NCBI GenBank assembly: GCA_965203465.1
Contig: CBDBCR010000001.1
Span: 832,001 to 896,000 of the forward strand
Direction of reading: 5' to 3'
DNA: 64,000 nt
Origin: Nitrosopumilaceae archaeon
Lineage (GTDB): Archaea > Thermoproteota > Nitrososphaeria > Nitrososphaerales > Nitrosopumilaceae
This document shows positions 1 to 9,428 of the stretch, piece by piece. Both the position numbers and the translations under genes were made by a program. Below the pieces are notes generated by a model. The model was not told the origin of the DNA. It was given only the letters and a program-made list of their open reading frames with translations, and did not search any database. The first letter of the stretch is position 1. Each line of letters opens with the position of its first letter.

Positions 1-345
1 CTTGTCGCAGGTCAGCCCCGACTTCATGGCCCGCCCCTCGGCGCTGACCCCCTCGATCTTCATCAGTTTCGGGCAGGCGAAGTTGGCCTTGCCCTTTACG
101 GGCAGCATAAAGTCCAGGTCGCGCCGGTACTGGTCCTGCAGGTGCTTCGAGGCGGTCACCACGAACGAGTCCTCGAAGTTGCGCACGAAGGCAGCCGCGA
201 TCAGCGACTTGCCGATGCCGGTGGGCGCCGACAGTATTATCCTCTTGTAGCCGGACTGGAGCCTCTGGTCTATCTCGGCCATGAGGCTCTTTTGCATCCG
301 GCGGGGCTCGTATCCGGCCGGAAAGTGCTCCAGTATGCCGGGCAA
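1..345 (-). CDS. XPD/Rad3/DinG-family helicase, N-terminal part (runs off the window edge)
   Basis: Manual translation MPGILEHFPAGYEPRRMQKSL...IILSAPTGIGKSLIA...VVTASKHLQDQY...VKGKANFAC shows Q motif, Walker A and the motif Ia/FeS entry; not in the ORF track. Confidence 0.85.
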   Translation of the reverse strand, partial: MPGILEHFPAGYEPRRMQKSLMAEIDQRLQSGYKRIILSAPTGIGKSLIAAAFVRNFEDSFVVTASKHLQDQYRRDLDFMLPVKGKANFACPKLMKIEGVSAEGRAMKSGLTCDK

Positions 346-420
346 CGGCGCGCCTGCCCGCAGGCGAGCTTAAGTTTCTTTGCGGTACGTTAATTTGCCG
401 GCTCCCGGGCGGGGCCGGCG

Positions 421-552
421 TTGAAGGCGAGATTCGCGGGCCAGTGCAGCGAGTGCGGCGAGCCCATAAAGGCCGGCAGGGAAATATCCAAAAACTCGGC
501 CGGCAAGTGGGTCCACCAGGCCTGCTCGGACGTCGAGGAAGAGATCCCCTAG
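421..552 (+). CDS. small zinc-finger-like protein (43 aa)
   Basis: Manual translation MKARFAGQCSECGEPIKAGREISKNSAGKWVHQACSDVEEEIP; CxxC...HxxC; AT-rich box about 25-30 nt upstream. Confidence 0.7.
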   Translation: MKARFAGQCSECGEPIKAGREISKNSAGKWVHQACSDVEEEIP

Positions 553-1340
553 ACGGGGCGCCCGCAGTGGGGGCACGACCTGCCGCCGGGCCGCTTGCGG
601 CGCAGCTCCTCTATGAAGGCCGAGGCCATGATGCCGGTCGGTATGGCGTACACGGCGATGCCCGTCACCGAGACGGCGCCGGCCACCACGCGGCCCAGCG
701 CGGTCACCGGGTAGGTGTCCCCGTACCCTATGGTGGTCAGCGTGATGACGCCCCACCACATGGACGCGGGTATGCTCGAAAAGACGTCCGGCTGCGCCTC
801 GTGCTCGGCGAAATACATCAGGCTCGACGAAAATATCAGGGCTATGAACAGTATGAAGAACGCCACCGACAGGTCGGCGGCCTTTGCGCGGAAGACGTCG
901 CCGAGCATCTGCATCGACTCCGAATAGCGGCCCATCTTGAAGAGGCGGAACATCCGCAGCAGCCGCAGCATCCGCATGAACCGCGTGTCGGCGACCACGA
1001 ACGGCAGGAAGAACGGCAGTATGGCCGCAAGGTCGACTAGCATCATGGGCGAGAGCGCGAAGCGCAGGGCCCGCCAGCGCTGCCCGCCGTCGGGGCCCAT
1101 CTTGCACGTGGCCAGGCGGGCCCCGTACTCTGCCGTAAAGACGATTATGGAGAACACCTCGAAGGGCGTGAACAGGTACCCGTACTCGTCGAGCACCGAC
1201 TCCTCGGTCTCTATGACCACGACCATCACGTTGACGGCTATGAGCGAGACGATGAAGATCTGAAAGACCCTGGCGGGCAGGTACTCGCGCGGGCCCTCCA
1301 TCACACGGTAGACCTTCTCGAGCGGGCCCACTAGAGCCAC
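549..1340 (-). CDS. voltage-gated-type potassium channel (ion transporter)
   Basis: TTIGYGD filter, Arg-rich S4 (RMLRLLRMFRLFK), C-terminal CPHCG. Confidence 0.92.
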   Translation of the reverse strand: MALVGPLEKVYRVMEGPREYLPARVFQIFIVSLIAVNVMVVVIETEESVLDEYGYLFTPFEVFSIIVFTAEYGARLATCKMGPDGGQRWRALRFALSPMMLVDLAAILPFFLPFVVADTRFMRMLRLLRMFRLFKMGRYSESMQMLGDVFRAKAADLSVAFFILFIALIFSSSLMYFAEHEAQPDVFSSIPASMWWGVITLTTIGYGDTYPVTALGRVVAGAVSVTGIAVYAIPTGIMASAFIEELRRKRPGGRSCPHCGRPV

Positions 1341-2962
1341 CCCCTGCTCCGAAACCAGGCGAGCATGGCCGCGGCAAGCGCCCCCATCGTGGCGAGCATG
1401 GCGAAATACCCGCCCTCCCAGCGCAGCTCGGGTATGTACGTGAAGTTGGTGCCGTAGATGCCGGCGATGAACGTGATGGGTATGAAGATGCTCGCTATCA
1501 CCGTGAGCGTCTTCATCACCTCGTTCATCTTGTTGCTCACGCTCGACAGGTACGTGTCCAGCATGCCGCCCACCACGTCGCGCAGCGATTCCAGGTTGTC
1601 CATGACCTGGACGGTGTGGCTGTACACGTCGCGCAGGTACTTTTTGGTCTCGTCCGAGACCAGCTCCGACGAGGTGCGCTCGAAGGCGCCGATCTCCTCG
1701 CGCAGCGGGCGCACGGTCTTGCGCATCAGTATCAGCTGCCTCTTGAGCGCGTATATGGTCTGCAGGGTCGACGGGCTCGGCCTGTCCATGAGCTCCTCCT
1801 CGAGGCGCTCGGTGCGCTCGCCTATCTTTTCGAGCACGGCGAAGCAGTTGTCCACGAGCGCGTCGACGAGCAGGTACGCGAGGTAGTCGCCGCCCATGCG
1901 GCGCACCTCGGCGCCGCCCTCCTCTATCCGGTCGCGTATGCGGCCGAAGACGTCCTCTGGCACCTCCTGGAACGAGACCACGCGGCCCGGGCCGAGCACC
2001 AGGCTGACCTGCTCGACGGACAGCTCGCCGCCCTCCAGGTGCGGCATCTTTAGGATCGCGAAGACGTAGCCGTCAGAGGACTCGATGCGCGGGCGCAGGT
2101 CAGTGTTCATGATGTCGGCCCGCACCAGCTTGTGGAGGCCGAGCATGCCGCCGAACTCTTCTATGACGGCCGCGTCGTGTATGCCCACCACGTTCGTCCA
2201 CGAGACGCCGCCGCCGCGCGGCGCGCAGTCCGACGGCGAGGCCGCCTCCCTCCTGCTGAAGTGACCCTCGCCGTACTCTATGACCTCGAACGCGACGTTC
2301 TCGACCTTGCGCCTGCCCACGTGGACCATCTCGCCGGGGCTCATGCCGACGGTGTCTGCCACCGTGGTGCGCGCGCGGCCCCGCCGCAGGCCCGCGGCGA
2401 TGTCGGACAGGCCCACGTTGCGGGTCATCTCGCGCACCCTGCCTGTCCTGCTGCCCACGCCCACGATGATGAACCCGGCGGCCACCGAGAACAGAAGGCT
2501 GGCGGCCAGCGGCTCAAAGTCGCCGGACAGCGCCGCCTGGTAGGCAGACTGCACGTCCTGGCCGCCCCCGTAGAACGCGCCCACCGCCAGGTCTAGCAGA
2601 AAGAAGAGCAGCGAGATTATGGCCCCGGTCACCACGGCCGTGACGGCCGTTATCCTGGACGGTATGTCCAGGTCCGGCTCGCCCCTGTACGGCGAGATGT
2701 ACCTTTTGAAGCGCAGTATCAGCATGGCGACGGACGTGATTATCATGGTCGACGCTATCCACCACGCTATGAGCAGGTAGCCGGTGCCGGTCTCTATCTC
2801 CTTTATGCCGACCAGCAGGTCCCCGATGTCGCCGGTCAGGGGCAGCGAGATGAGCGAGGTGGCGAGGCCGACTATCGACTGGTACGCCGCCGCGAAGACG
2901 AACCCGACGGTGAGCCGGTTGGCCACCACGCCCACGCGCGAGAGGCCGGCGCGCCCCGACAA
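1331..2962 (-). CDS. corA: CorA-family divalent cation transporter with extra N-terminal membrane domain
   Basis: C-terminal MNEVMKTLTVIASIFIPITFIAGIYGTNF...PEL; about 190 aa hydrophobic N-terminal extension. Confidence 0.9.
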   Translation of the reverse strand: MSGRAGLSRVGVVANRLTVGFVFAAAYQSIVGLATSLISLPLTGDIGDLLVGIKEIETGTGYLLIAWWIASTMIITSVAMLILRFKRYISPYRGEPDLDIPSRITAVTAVVTGAIISLLFFLLDLAVGAFYGGGQDVQSAYQAALSGDFEPLAASLLFSVAAGFIIVGVGSRTGRVREMTRNVGLSDIAAGLRRGRARTTVADTVGMSPGEMVHVGRRKVENVAFEVIEYGEGHFSRREAASPSDCAPRGGGVSWTNVVGIHDAAVIEEFGGMLGLHKLVRADIMNTDLRPRIESSDGYVFAILKMPHLEGGELSVEQVSLVLGPGRVVSFQEVPEDVFGRIRDRIEEGGAEVRRMGGDYLAYLLVDALVDNCFAVLEKIGERTERLEEELMDRPSPSTLQTIYALKRQLILMRKTVRPLREEIGAFERTSSELVSDETKKYLRDVYSHTVQVMDNLESLRDVVGGMLDTYLSSVSNKMNEVMKTLTVIASIFIPITFIAGIYGTNFTYIPELRWEGGYFAMLATMGALAAAMLAWFRSRGWL

Positions 2963-2963
2963 T

Positions 2964-3482
2964 CTAGATCCTGTCCAGCAGGTCTTTCTTCTTTTCCCGG
3001 AACTCTTTTGCCGTGATCACGCCCGACTTTTGGAGCTCGCCAAGCTTTGCGAGCAGGTCGGCGTTCTTTTGCGAGACGGTCATGCGCCGCGCCGTCTTTA
3101 TGCCCCCCGATATGCCGGCCTGCGTCTCGGACACGAGCTGCCCGCCCACCTTGGAGCCGGCGCGCGCGGCGGCCTGCCCCAGATCCGACGTGGCCTGCGT
3201 GGCCGCGGACGCGTACTCTGAGACCATCCTGCTCAGGGCGCCGGCGTTGGTCGAGAGCCGCTCGAGTATGTCGTCCCTGTGCCTGGCCAGGCCCGGCGGG
3301 GGCTGCATGCGCTCGAGCACCTTCTCTGCCGGCGTGCCGCGGAAGCGCCTGCCGTACTCTTTGGCTATCATCTCGGGGAACCGGCGCGACTCTTCGATGC
3401 CCAGATAGTACCCGGCCAGATCCTCGTCCGAGAGCGAGCGGAGGTACTCGCGGAAACTGGACGCGGGCCTGAACGCTGCCAT
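2964..3482 (-). CDS. SHOCT-domain protein
   Basis: C-terminal LAKLGELQKSGVITAKEFREKKKDLL. Confidence 0.8.
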   Translation of the reverse strand: MAAFRPASSFREYLRSLSDEDLAGYYLGIEESRRFPEMIAKEYGRRFRGTPAEKVLERMQPPPGLARHRDDILERLSTNAGALSRMVSEYASAATQATSDLGQAAARAGSKVGGQLVSETQAGISGGIKTARRMTVSQKNADLLAKLGELQKSGVITAKEFREKKKDLLDRI

Positions 3483-3513
3483 GGGGCGCGCCCGCGCGGG
3501 CTCCTTTTAAAAT

Positions 3514-3924
3514 CTAGCCCTTTATCCGCATTACCTTGGTGCGGTCCATGACGCGCCAGTACTCTACGTTCTGCCCGTTTTCCAGCTTGCCCCGGGCCTC
3601 GTCGTCTACCTGCGTGACGTCTATGGTCTCGAAGGTCTCCGAGTCCATCAGCTGCACCACGTCGCCGGTCATGGATATCACCTGGCCGGTCCTCTTGTCT
3701 ATGAGGGGCACGTGCACCTGCATGCTGACCGGCCCCACGTGCGGGCGCTTTTGGCCGTCGAAGACCCCGACGCCGACTATGCGCGCCTTTGCGGCGCCGT
3801 GCTTGCCCGGCTTCGAGGTCTCGTATTCGGATATGCGGCAGGGCTCGCCGGTCGCCTGGTCGCCGACCGGCAAGAGTATGTACGAGCCCACCTTGAGGCC
3901 CCCCAGGTCCATGGGCTTGCTCAC
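3514..3924 (-). CDS. eif5a: translation factor aIF-5A
   Basis: SKPGKHGAAKAR hypusination motif. Confidence 0.97.
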   Translation of the reverse strand: MSKPMDLGGLKVGSYILLPVGDQATGEPCRISEYETSKPGKHGAAKARIVGVGVFDGQKRPHVGPVSMQVHVPLIDKRTGQVISMTGDVVQLMDSETFETIDVTQVDDEARGKLENGQNVEYWRVMDRTKVMRIKG

Positions 3925-3957
3925 GGGGCCGGCGGCCGGCGGCGAATATTTAACCGT

Positions 3958-4539
3958 TCACTTGAGCTTTTCCAGTATCGACAGGCCGACAAGGCCTGTC
4001 AGCGAGTACCCCCTGCGGGCGATGTCCGAGCGCGTCTTTTCGCAGTACTTGTTGACGCTCTGGTGGCCCTTTTGGCTTACCACCTCGAGCACCACGATGC
4101 TGCCGCTGTACGGGAAGCGGAACTTTGGCGGCTCGGCCCCGTACGTCTCCATGCTGCCCACGCCGGCGCGCGATATGTTCTCGCGCTTGGCGACGATGTC
4201 GGCGATCTCGGCCATGTCGTCGTCCTCGCCGTACTCCAGATAGTACGCCGAGACGAAGCTGGTGCCGCCGTCCACCTCCCGCTCGAACAGATCCTCCACC
4301 TCGAAGACGAACGCGTCGGCCGGCTGCCGGCGCGCAGAGACCTGGCCGGCGGCCTCGGCGCTGTCGGCCACCCGGGCGAGCAGGTAGTGGTTGGACTGCC
4401 TAAAGTACGGCTTTGCGCCCTGCGCGAACGTGGCGGTGGCAAAATGCACAGAGTCCACGTTGCCCGATGCCCCCCACTCTTCCTTGAGGCCTATGGAGTC
4501 GTGGGTGTGGTTGTACGGGTAGCACGCGTATCCGGGCAC
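3958..4539 (-). CDS. conserved hypothetical protein
   Basis: Protein-like composition, fills the gap between neighbours, TATA-like box upstream. Confidence 0.75.
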   Translation of the reverse strand: MPGYACYPYNHTHDSIGLKEEWGASGNVDSVHFATATFAQGAKPYFRQSNHYLLARVADSAEAAGQVSARRQPADAFVFEVEDLFEREVDGGTSFVSAYYLEYGEDDDMAEIADIVAKRENISRAGVGSMETYGAEPPKFRFPYSGSIVVLEVVSQKGHQSVNKYCEKTRSDIARRGYSLTGLVGLSILEKLK

Positions 4540-4618
4540 GGCCGGCCCGCCGGCTGCGCGTATTTAACGCTTGGTCGGCCGATAGTTATTTAACGGATCG
4601 GGGGCCGGCGGTGCCCGT

Positions 4619-4738
4619 CCCAAGCTAGCTCAGCCTGGTAGAGCTTCCGGCTGTAGTCGTCGGCCCTGGCTGACAGAAGAACAGCCCGACCAGGCAACAG
4701 AAACCGGGTTGTCGAAGGTTCAAATCCTTCGCTTGGGA
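4619..4738 (+). tRNA. tRNA-Tyr(GTA) with a 46-nt intron at 37/38 (4657-4702)
   Basis: Acceptor stem CCCAAGC/GCTTGGG+A, D arm GCTCAGCCTGGTAGAGC, anticodon CT-GTA-G, BHB (CTGT/ACAG helix, AGT and AAA bulges), T arm GAAGGTTCAAATCCTTC. Confidence 0.95.
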
Positions 4739-4740
4739 CG

Positions 4741-5052
4741 CTAAAAGTCCCTCGGTATGTGGTTGTTGGCCTTTAGCCACTCGACCTGCGGCAGGGTGAA
4801 CCTCCAGACGATGTCGCCGCGCGCGTCGCTGTTAAAGTCCCACGGGGCGATGACTACTATGTCGTTGTCGCGTATCCAGACGCGCCGCTTTAGCTTGCCG
4901 CGTATGCGCCCGCGCCGCGTGATGCCGTCCATGCACTTTATCATGACGTTCTCGCCGCCGAGCATCTTTAGGACTCGCCCGAACAGCTCGCCCTCGGCCG
5001 GGAGGCGTATCTGCTTCAGCGCGCTCTCGTTCTTTACCTGACGCTTGCCCAC
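4741..5052 (-). CDS. eif1a: translation initiation factor aIF-1A
   Basis: GRVLKMLGG...RGRIRGKLKRRVWIRDNDIVVIAPWDF. Confidence 0.96.
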   Translation of the reverse strand: MGKRQVKNESALKQIRLPAEGELFGRVLKMLGGENVMIKCMDGITRRGRIRGKLKRRVWIRDNDIVVIAPWDFNSDARGDIVWRFTLPQVEWLKANNHIPRDF

Positions 5053-5102
5053 GCGCGGGAGGCGGCCGGCTCACAATATAAGCCATGCAAACCCGGGCCC
5101 GC

Positions 5103-6134
5103 CTACGGGTTTATGACCGCGCGCCCCACTATCCTGCCCGCCTTCAGGTCCGAAAGCGCCTCGTTGGCGCCGTCCAGCCCGTACTTTTTGGAGACGACCG
5201 GCTTTACCGTCCCCTTTCTTGCAAGCTCGACCAGCTCTTCCAGCGCGCCGAACGTCCCAGTGTAGGCGCCCTCTATCGTCATGGCCTTGAGCGGGACCGT
5301 CACGAGGGGCAGGTCCACCGAGCCTCCGAACAGGCCCACCATGACGAGGCGGCCGCGCTTGCGCAGGACCGAAAGAGCCAGCTTTGCTGTGGCCGGCGCG
5401 TTGACAAAGTCGACGACCGCGTCGGCCGCGCCTATCTGGCCGGCGGCGTCCTGCGATTTCGAGTTGACGGCGCGGTCGGCGCCCATCTTCTTGGCCGCGT
5501 CGAGTTTGGCGTCGTCGATGTCGACGCAGACCAGCTCCGCGCCGGTCACGGCGCGGGCCAGCTGCACGCCCATGAGGCCCAGCCCGCCGGCGCCGATTAC
5601 TGCGAGCGAGCGCGGCGAGCCCGACGCGGCCTTTTTGACGGCAGTGTAGGCGGTCAGGCCGGAGCATGCCAGCGAGGCGGCCCCGTCGCTCTCGAGGCCC
5701 GAGGCGCTCGCCAAATACCTGTAGCTTGGCACCAGCACGTACTCTGCGTACCCGCCGTCCCTGAATATGCCGAGCGAGCCGGGCGTGTCGCACAGGTTCT
5801 CCGAGCCGCCCGAGCAGGCCGGGCAGCTGCCGCAGCCGCCCCACGGGTACACCAGCACCTCGTCTCCCTCGGCGAAGCCGACCGCGCCGGGGCCGGCCTC
5901 GTGGACGGTGCCGACTATCTCGTGGCCCGGCGTGACGGGGTACTTTACGCCGCGGTCGGTCACCTTCATGAAGCCGTCGCCCAGATCGTAGCCGCCCTCC
6001 CACAGGTGCAGGTCGCTGTGGCAGACGCCGGCCGAGCGCACGCGCACGAGCACCTGCTCGCCGGTCGGGCGGGGCGCGTCGGTCTCGGACACCTCGAGCG
6101 GCGCGTTGGGCGCGGTGATCCTGGCGGAGCGCAT
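5103..6134 (-). CDS. zinc-dependent alcohol dehydrogenase
   Basis: GVCHSD, GHE, CGSCPAC..C, GAGGLG. Confidence 0.95.
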   Translation of the reverse strand: MRSARITAPNAPLEVSETDAPRPTGEQVLVRVRSAGVCHSDLHLWEGGYDLGDGFMKVTDRGVKYPVTPGHEIVGTVHEAGPGAVGFAEGDEVLVYPWGGCGSCPACSGGSENLCDTPGSLGIFRDGGYAEYVLVPSYRYLASASGLESDGAASLACSGLTAYTAVKKAASGSPRSLAVIGAGGLGLMGVQLARAVTGAELVCVDIDDAKLDAAKKMGADRAVNSKSQDAAGQIGAADAVVDFVNAPATAKLALSVLRKRGRLVMVGLFGGSVDLPLVTVPLKAMTIEGAYTGTFGALEELVELARKGTVKPVVSKKYGLDGANEALSDLKAGRIVGRAVINP

Positions 6135-6222
6135 GGGCCAAGACCCCGGCGGTTATCATATAAGTCGAACGGCGCGTTTTCCGGCACAGGATTTAATTAT
6201 GGTCTTGCCGGGGCGCGCGCGC

Positions 6223-6876
6223 ATGTATAGCGGCGAGCTCGAAGTCCAGGCCAAGCGAAAGGCCGTCGCGGTGCTGCAGGACGAGATAAACCGCATACTC
6301 AACGCGGCGCGCGAGCTTGCCGCGATACCGGGGCTGGTGATGGCGCGCGACAAGGCGGGCGTAAAGTCGTGCCTCGAGCAGATATCGTCCATCGAGGAGG
6401 AGGTAGAGAGCCTGCGGCGCAAGATAACGCGCGAGGTCGCCGAGGTGGGCGGGCTCATAATGAACCGCGAGAACCTGCTCAACACCGCGTACACGATGGA
6501 CGAGATCGCCGGCCACATAACGGGCATCGCCTTCAAGCTCTCCAACGTAAAGCCGGTCACGATAAAGAACTCAAAGATGGACAAGGACCTGAAGGTGCTC
6601 GTAGACCTGGTGGTGGACGAGGTGTACAAGCTCAACGAGATAATACGCAACCTGACGAGCAACTCTGCGGCGGCCATCGAGCTGGCCCAGGAGACGCAGA
6701 AGATAGAGCGCGAGATAGACACAAAGTACAGGCAGGCCACCATAAAGATACTCGGCGGCATAACCAACACCAAGGAGATGATACTGATGAAGGACATCGT
6801 CGAGGGCATAGAGGAGATGGCAGACAAGTGCCAGCGCGTCTCTGATTCTTTCATAATGCTGGCGCTGAGCCTCTGA
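6223..6876 (+). CDS. DUF47/PhoU-like phosphate transport regulator
   Basis: Helical repeats IEEEVESLRRKI / IEREIDTKYR / IEEMADKC; start placed at ATG 6223. Confidence 0.85.
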   Translation: MYSGELEVQAKRKAVAVLQDEINRILNAARELAAIPGLVMARDKAGVKSCLEQISSIEEEVESLRRKITREVAEVGGLIMNRENLLNTAYTMDEIAGHITGIAFKLSNVKPVTIKNSKMDKDLKVLVDLVVDEVYKLNEIIRNLTSNSAAAIELAQETQKIEREIDTKYRQATIKILGGITNTKEMILMKDIVEGIEEMADKCQRVSDSFIMLALSL

Positions 6877-6877
6877 C

Positions 6878-7411
6878 ATGAAGGCCGAGCTGGTCGAGAA
6901 CCGCCTGGTGGTCTGGAGCAGGCGCGATTCGCGGCGGCTCTTTTCGGACGGCTACTACGGCAAGCCGGTCGGCGTGCCAAAACCCAAGCCGGGCCAGATA
7001 GACGTGCCGCTCATACTGGATCTGATGGAGGGGCTGTACCTGCTGGAAGCGGGCCGCCTCGAGGTGCACCGGGGCGGCAAAAAGGTGGGGCCGGCGGCGA
7101 TGCGGCGCGCCTGCGAGCGCGAGTACCGCGGCTTCGAGGGCAAGTACCGGGTGTACGGCGAGTTCCGCGACAGGGGGTACGTGGTGAGCCCGGGCATAAA
7201 GTTCGGCTGCGACTTTGCCGTCTACGAGCGCGGGCCCGGCATAGACCACGCGCCGTACCTGGTCGAGGTGTACGATCCGCGCCAGACGCTGACTAGCACC
7301 GGCGTGATACTGGCGGGCCGGCTCGCATCCACCGTAAAGAAGCAGTTCATACTGGCCGTGCCGCGCGCCGGGGGCGTCGAGTTCGTGGCGCTAGACTGGT
7401 GGCGGGCCTAG
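6878..7411 (+). CDS. endA: tRNA-intron endonuclease catalytic subunit
   Basis: RGYVVSPGIKFGCDFAVYERGPGIDHAPYLV...RLASTVKK (Y/H/K triad). Confidence 0.95.
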   Translation: MKAELVENRLVVWSRRDSRRLFSDGYYGKPVGVPKPKPGQIDVPLILDLMEGLYLLEAGRLEVHRGGKKVGPAAMRRACEREYRGFEGKYRVYGEFRDRGYVVSPGIKFGCDFAVYERGPGIDHAPYLVEVYDPRQTLTSTGVILAGRLASTVKKQFILAVPRAGGVEFVALDWWRA

Positions 7412-7780
7412 CGACTTTACGTGGCCGGCTATGCGGTCGTAGACCTCGAAGGCCTCCTTGGTTATGCCCAGTTCGCGGCGGTTCTGCCACTTGCCGTGTA
7501 TGCGCACCGCGTTGCCCGTCGGCTCGACGGTTATCGAGGCGTGCGGCAGGGGCAGCTTTTCTATCATGGACGTCAGCTGGGAGTCGGCCGAGAGGGCCTC
7601 GGCGAGCCTGCCGCCCTCCCATTGCGCGGAGACTATCCTTTTGGCGCCGAAGCGGCCGCTGGTGCGCAGCCGCACGCGCGCGTAGTGGCCGTGGTCCGAT
7701 TCCGTCCTGACGATGTAGTGGGCCTGGTACCTGTCCAGCGCGCCCCAGTGCGACGGCTCCTGCTCCTGCACGCCCATCAC
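7391..7780 (-). CDS. hypothetical protein
   Basis: Protein-like ORF coupled to the upstream ORF. Confidence 0.7.
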   Translation of the reverse strand: MMGVQEQEPSHWGALDRYQAHYIVRTESDHGHYARVRLRTSGRFGAKRIVSAQWEGGRLAEALSADSQLTSMIEKLPLPHASITVEPTGNAVRIHGKWQNRRELGITKEAFEVYDRIAGHVKSLGPPPV

Positions 7781-8013
7781 CCCTTTTGCACGATGTGCAC
7801 CAAGTCTATGTTGGCGCCCGAGACCTCCACGCAGCCCCTGTTGGTTATCATGCGAGGCGAGCTGGCCTGGTACCTGCTGTAGTAGTCGGTCTTTTCCACC
7901 TCGTCGGAGCCGGCCTCCTTGGCCGAGGCCCGCACGCCTATGGTGCCGAGCATCTCTGCGTATTCCTCTTGGAGCGTGAGGGGCTCGAATGTGTCGGGCT
8001 CGTCGTCGTGCAC
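7777..8013 (-). CDS. hypothetical protein
   Basis: Protein-like C-terminal part of track ORF 7777..8175; start placed at GTG 8013 downstream of an AT-rich box. Confidence 0.65.
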   Translation of the reverse strand: MHDDEPDTFEPLTLQEEYAEMLGTIGVRASAKEAGSDEVEKTDYYSRYQASSPRMITNRGCVEVSGANIDLVHIVQKG

Positions 8014-8083
8014 GGGCGGCGGCCCCGGCCCCCTCAAATAAACCTCCCGCGGGAATTTATACGGCCGCCGCCGGGGGGAGGAC

Positions 8084-8206
8084 GTGTGGTCGCGATCCAA
8101 CCTGCTGGTGATACTGCCCCTGGCAGCCTTCGGGGCCCTGATATTCGGCTTCGGCATATACAACACGGTGTGCAAGAACTCGAGCCTCTGGGTGCTGGAC
8201 TGCTAG
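8084..8206 (+). CDS. small single-pass membrane protein (40 aa)
   Basis: MWSRSNLLVILPLAAFGALIFGFGIYNTVCKNSSLWVLDC; TATA-like AATTTATA about 25 nt upstream. Confidence 0.6.
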   Translation: MWSRSNLLVILPLAAFGALIFGFGIYNTVCKNSSLWVLDC

Positions 8207-8235
8207 TTTAATAGCGGCCGGCGCGCCTGCCCGCC

Positions 8236-8562
8236 GTGGCCCGGATATCGCTGGAGTCGCGCGAGGCGCCCACCGACGAGCAGCTGCGCGAGCTGCGCGG
8301 GTACTTTGCCGGCATGCCGATGTCGGAGGTGCTCTCGGGCCTGCGGTTCGCCGAGCGGCGCTGGGCCGCCAAGGATTCGGGGACGCTGCGGGTGGGCCGC
8401 AAGAGCATCATACGCGGCGAGGTGCATTCGGTCACGCGCGAGCAGGCGCGCTGGCGGCTGGACAACTGGCCGCTGATGCGGGCCGAGTACAGGCGCCGGG
8501 GGTACAGCTACCCGACCATATCCAGGATAAAGCGGGCGCTGGCCGAGCTGCGCGACGGGTGA
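8236..8562 (+). CDS. conserved hypothetical protein
   Basis: Protein-like ORF with TTTAATA box upstream. Confidence 0.75.
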   Translation: MARISLESREAPTDEQLRELRGYFAGMPMSEVLSGLRFAERRWAAKDSGTLRVGRKSIIRGEVHSVTREQARWRLDNWPLMRAEYRRRGYSYPTISRIKRALAELRDG

Positions 8563-8593
8563 GGTTAAATTACGAGCGGGCGAGGCCCCGCGC

Positions 8594-9202
8594 GTGGACG
8601 TCTTCGAGGCGGTCTCGGGCAGGAGGTCTGTCAAAAAGTTCGACCCGTCGTTTCCGGTCACCGCCGAGCAGAAAGACAAGCTGATGGAGATGGCCCTGCT
8701 CTCGCCGACCAGCTACAACCAGCAGAACTGGCGGTTCGTCACGGTGACCGGCACCGAAAAGAGGGCGATGCTGAGCGAGGCCTCGTACGGGCAGCGGCAG
8801 CCGCGCGACGCGCCGCTCGTGGTGGTGCTGGCAGCCGACCTGCTCGCCTGGAAGCGCGGGCCTGAAAGGTACTGGAGGAACCACGGGCCCGAAAGGCAGG
8901 CGGCCGTGGCAGAGGCGCTGCGCGGCGAGCACGCATCGAACCCGCTGGCCGCGCGGGAGGAGGCGTTCCGCTCGTGCGGCATCGCGGCCCAGACGATAAT
9001 GCTGTCGGCAAAGCAGATGGGGCTCGATTCGTGCCCCATGAAGGGCTTCGAGCACGACCGCGTGGCGCGGATAGTGAACCTGCCGCCGGATCACATGGTG
9101 GTGATGATGGTCGCAGTCGGCAGGGCCGCCGGGCCGGCTCCGCCGCGCGGCGGGCAGCTGCCAAAGTCCGAGGTCGTCTTCGAGGAGGGCTTTGATGGAT
9201 GA
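8594..9202 (+). CDS. nitroreductase family protein
   Basis: RRSVKKFD, SPTSYNQQNWRF, GLDSCPMKGF. Confidence 0.93.
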   Translation: MDVFEAVSGRRSVKKFDPSFPVTAEQKDKLMEMALLSPTSYNQQNWRFVTVTGTEKRAMLSEASYGQRQPRDAPLVVVLAADLLAWKRGPERYWRNHGPERQAAVAEALRGEHASNPLAAREEAFRSCGIAAQTIMLSAKQMGLDSCPMKGFEHDRVARIVNLPPDHMVVMMVAVGRAAGPAPPRGGQLPKSEVVFEEGFDG

Positions 9203-9299
9203 GCCGTGGATCCGGCAGAACCGGCGCTTTGCAGCCGCCGTGGCGGTTGCCAGCCTCGCGTGCGCGTGCGCGCTAGGCGCGCTTTACCTGCTGAGGTGA
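9195..9299 (+). CDS. small membrane peptide (34 aa)
   Basis: MDEPWIRQNRRFAAAVAVASLACACALGALYLLR, overlapping the nitroreductase stop. Confidence 0.4.
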   Translation: MDEPWIRQNRRFAAAVAVASLACACALGALYLLR

Positions 9300-9428
9300 G
9301 CTTTGCCCGATGCCCAGCGGACGGCGGAGCCTTGCGTCCGGCACTCCGTGGTTTGGGGCGCCGACAACTCAGCTAGGGGCCTGTGGCCCTAGAAAAATAT
9401 ATTATTGCCCCCCGAGAGATGACGGTAG

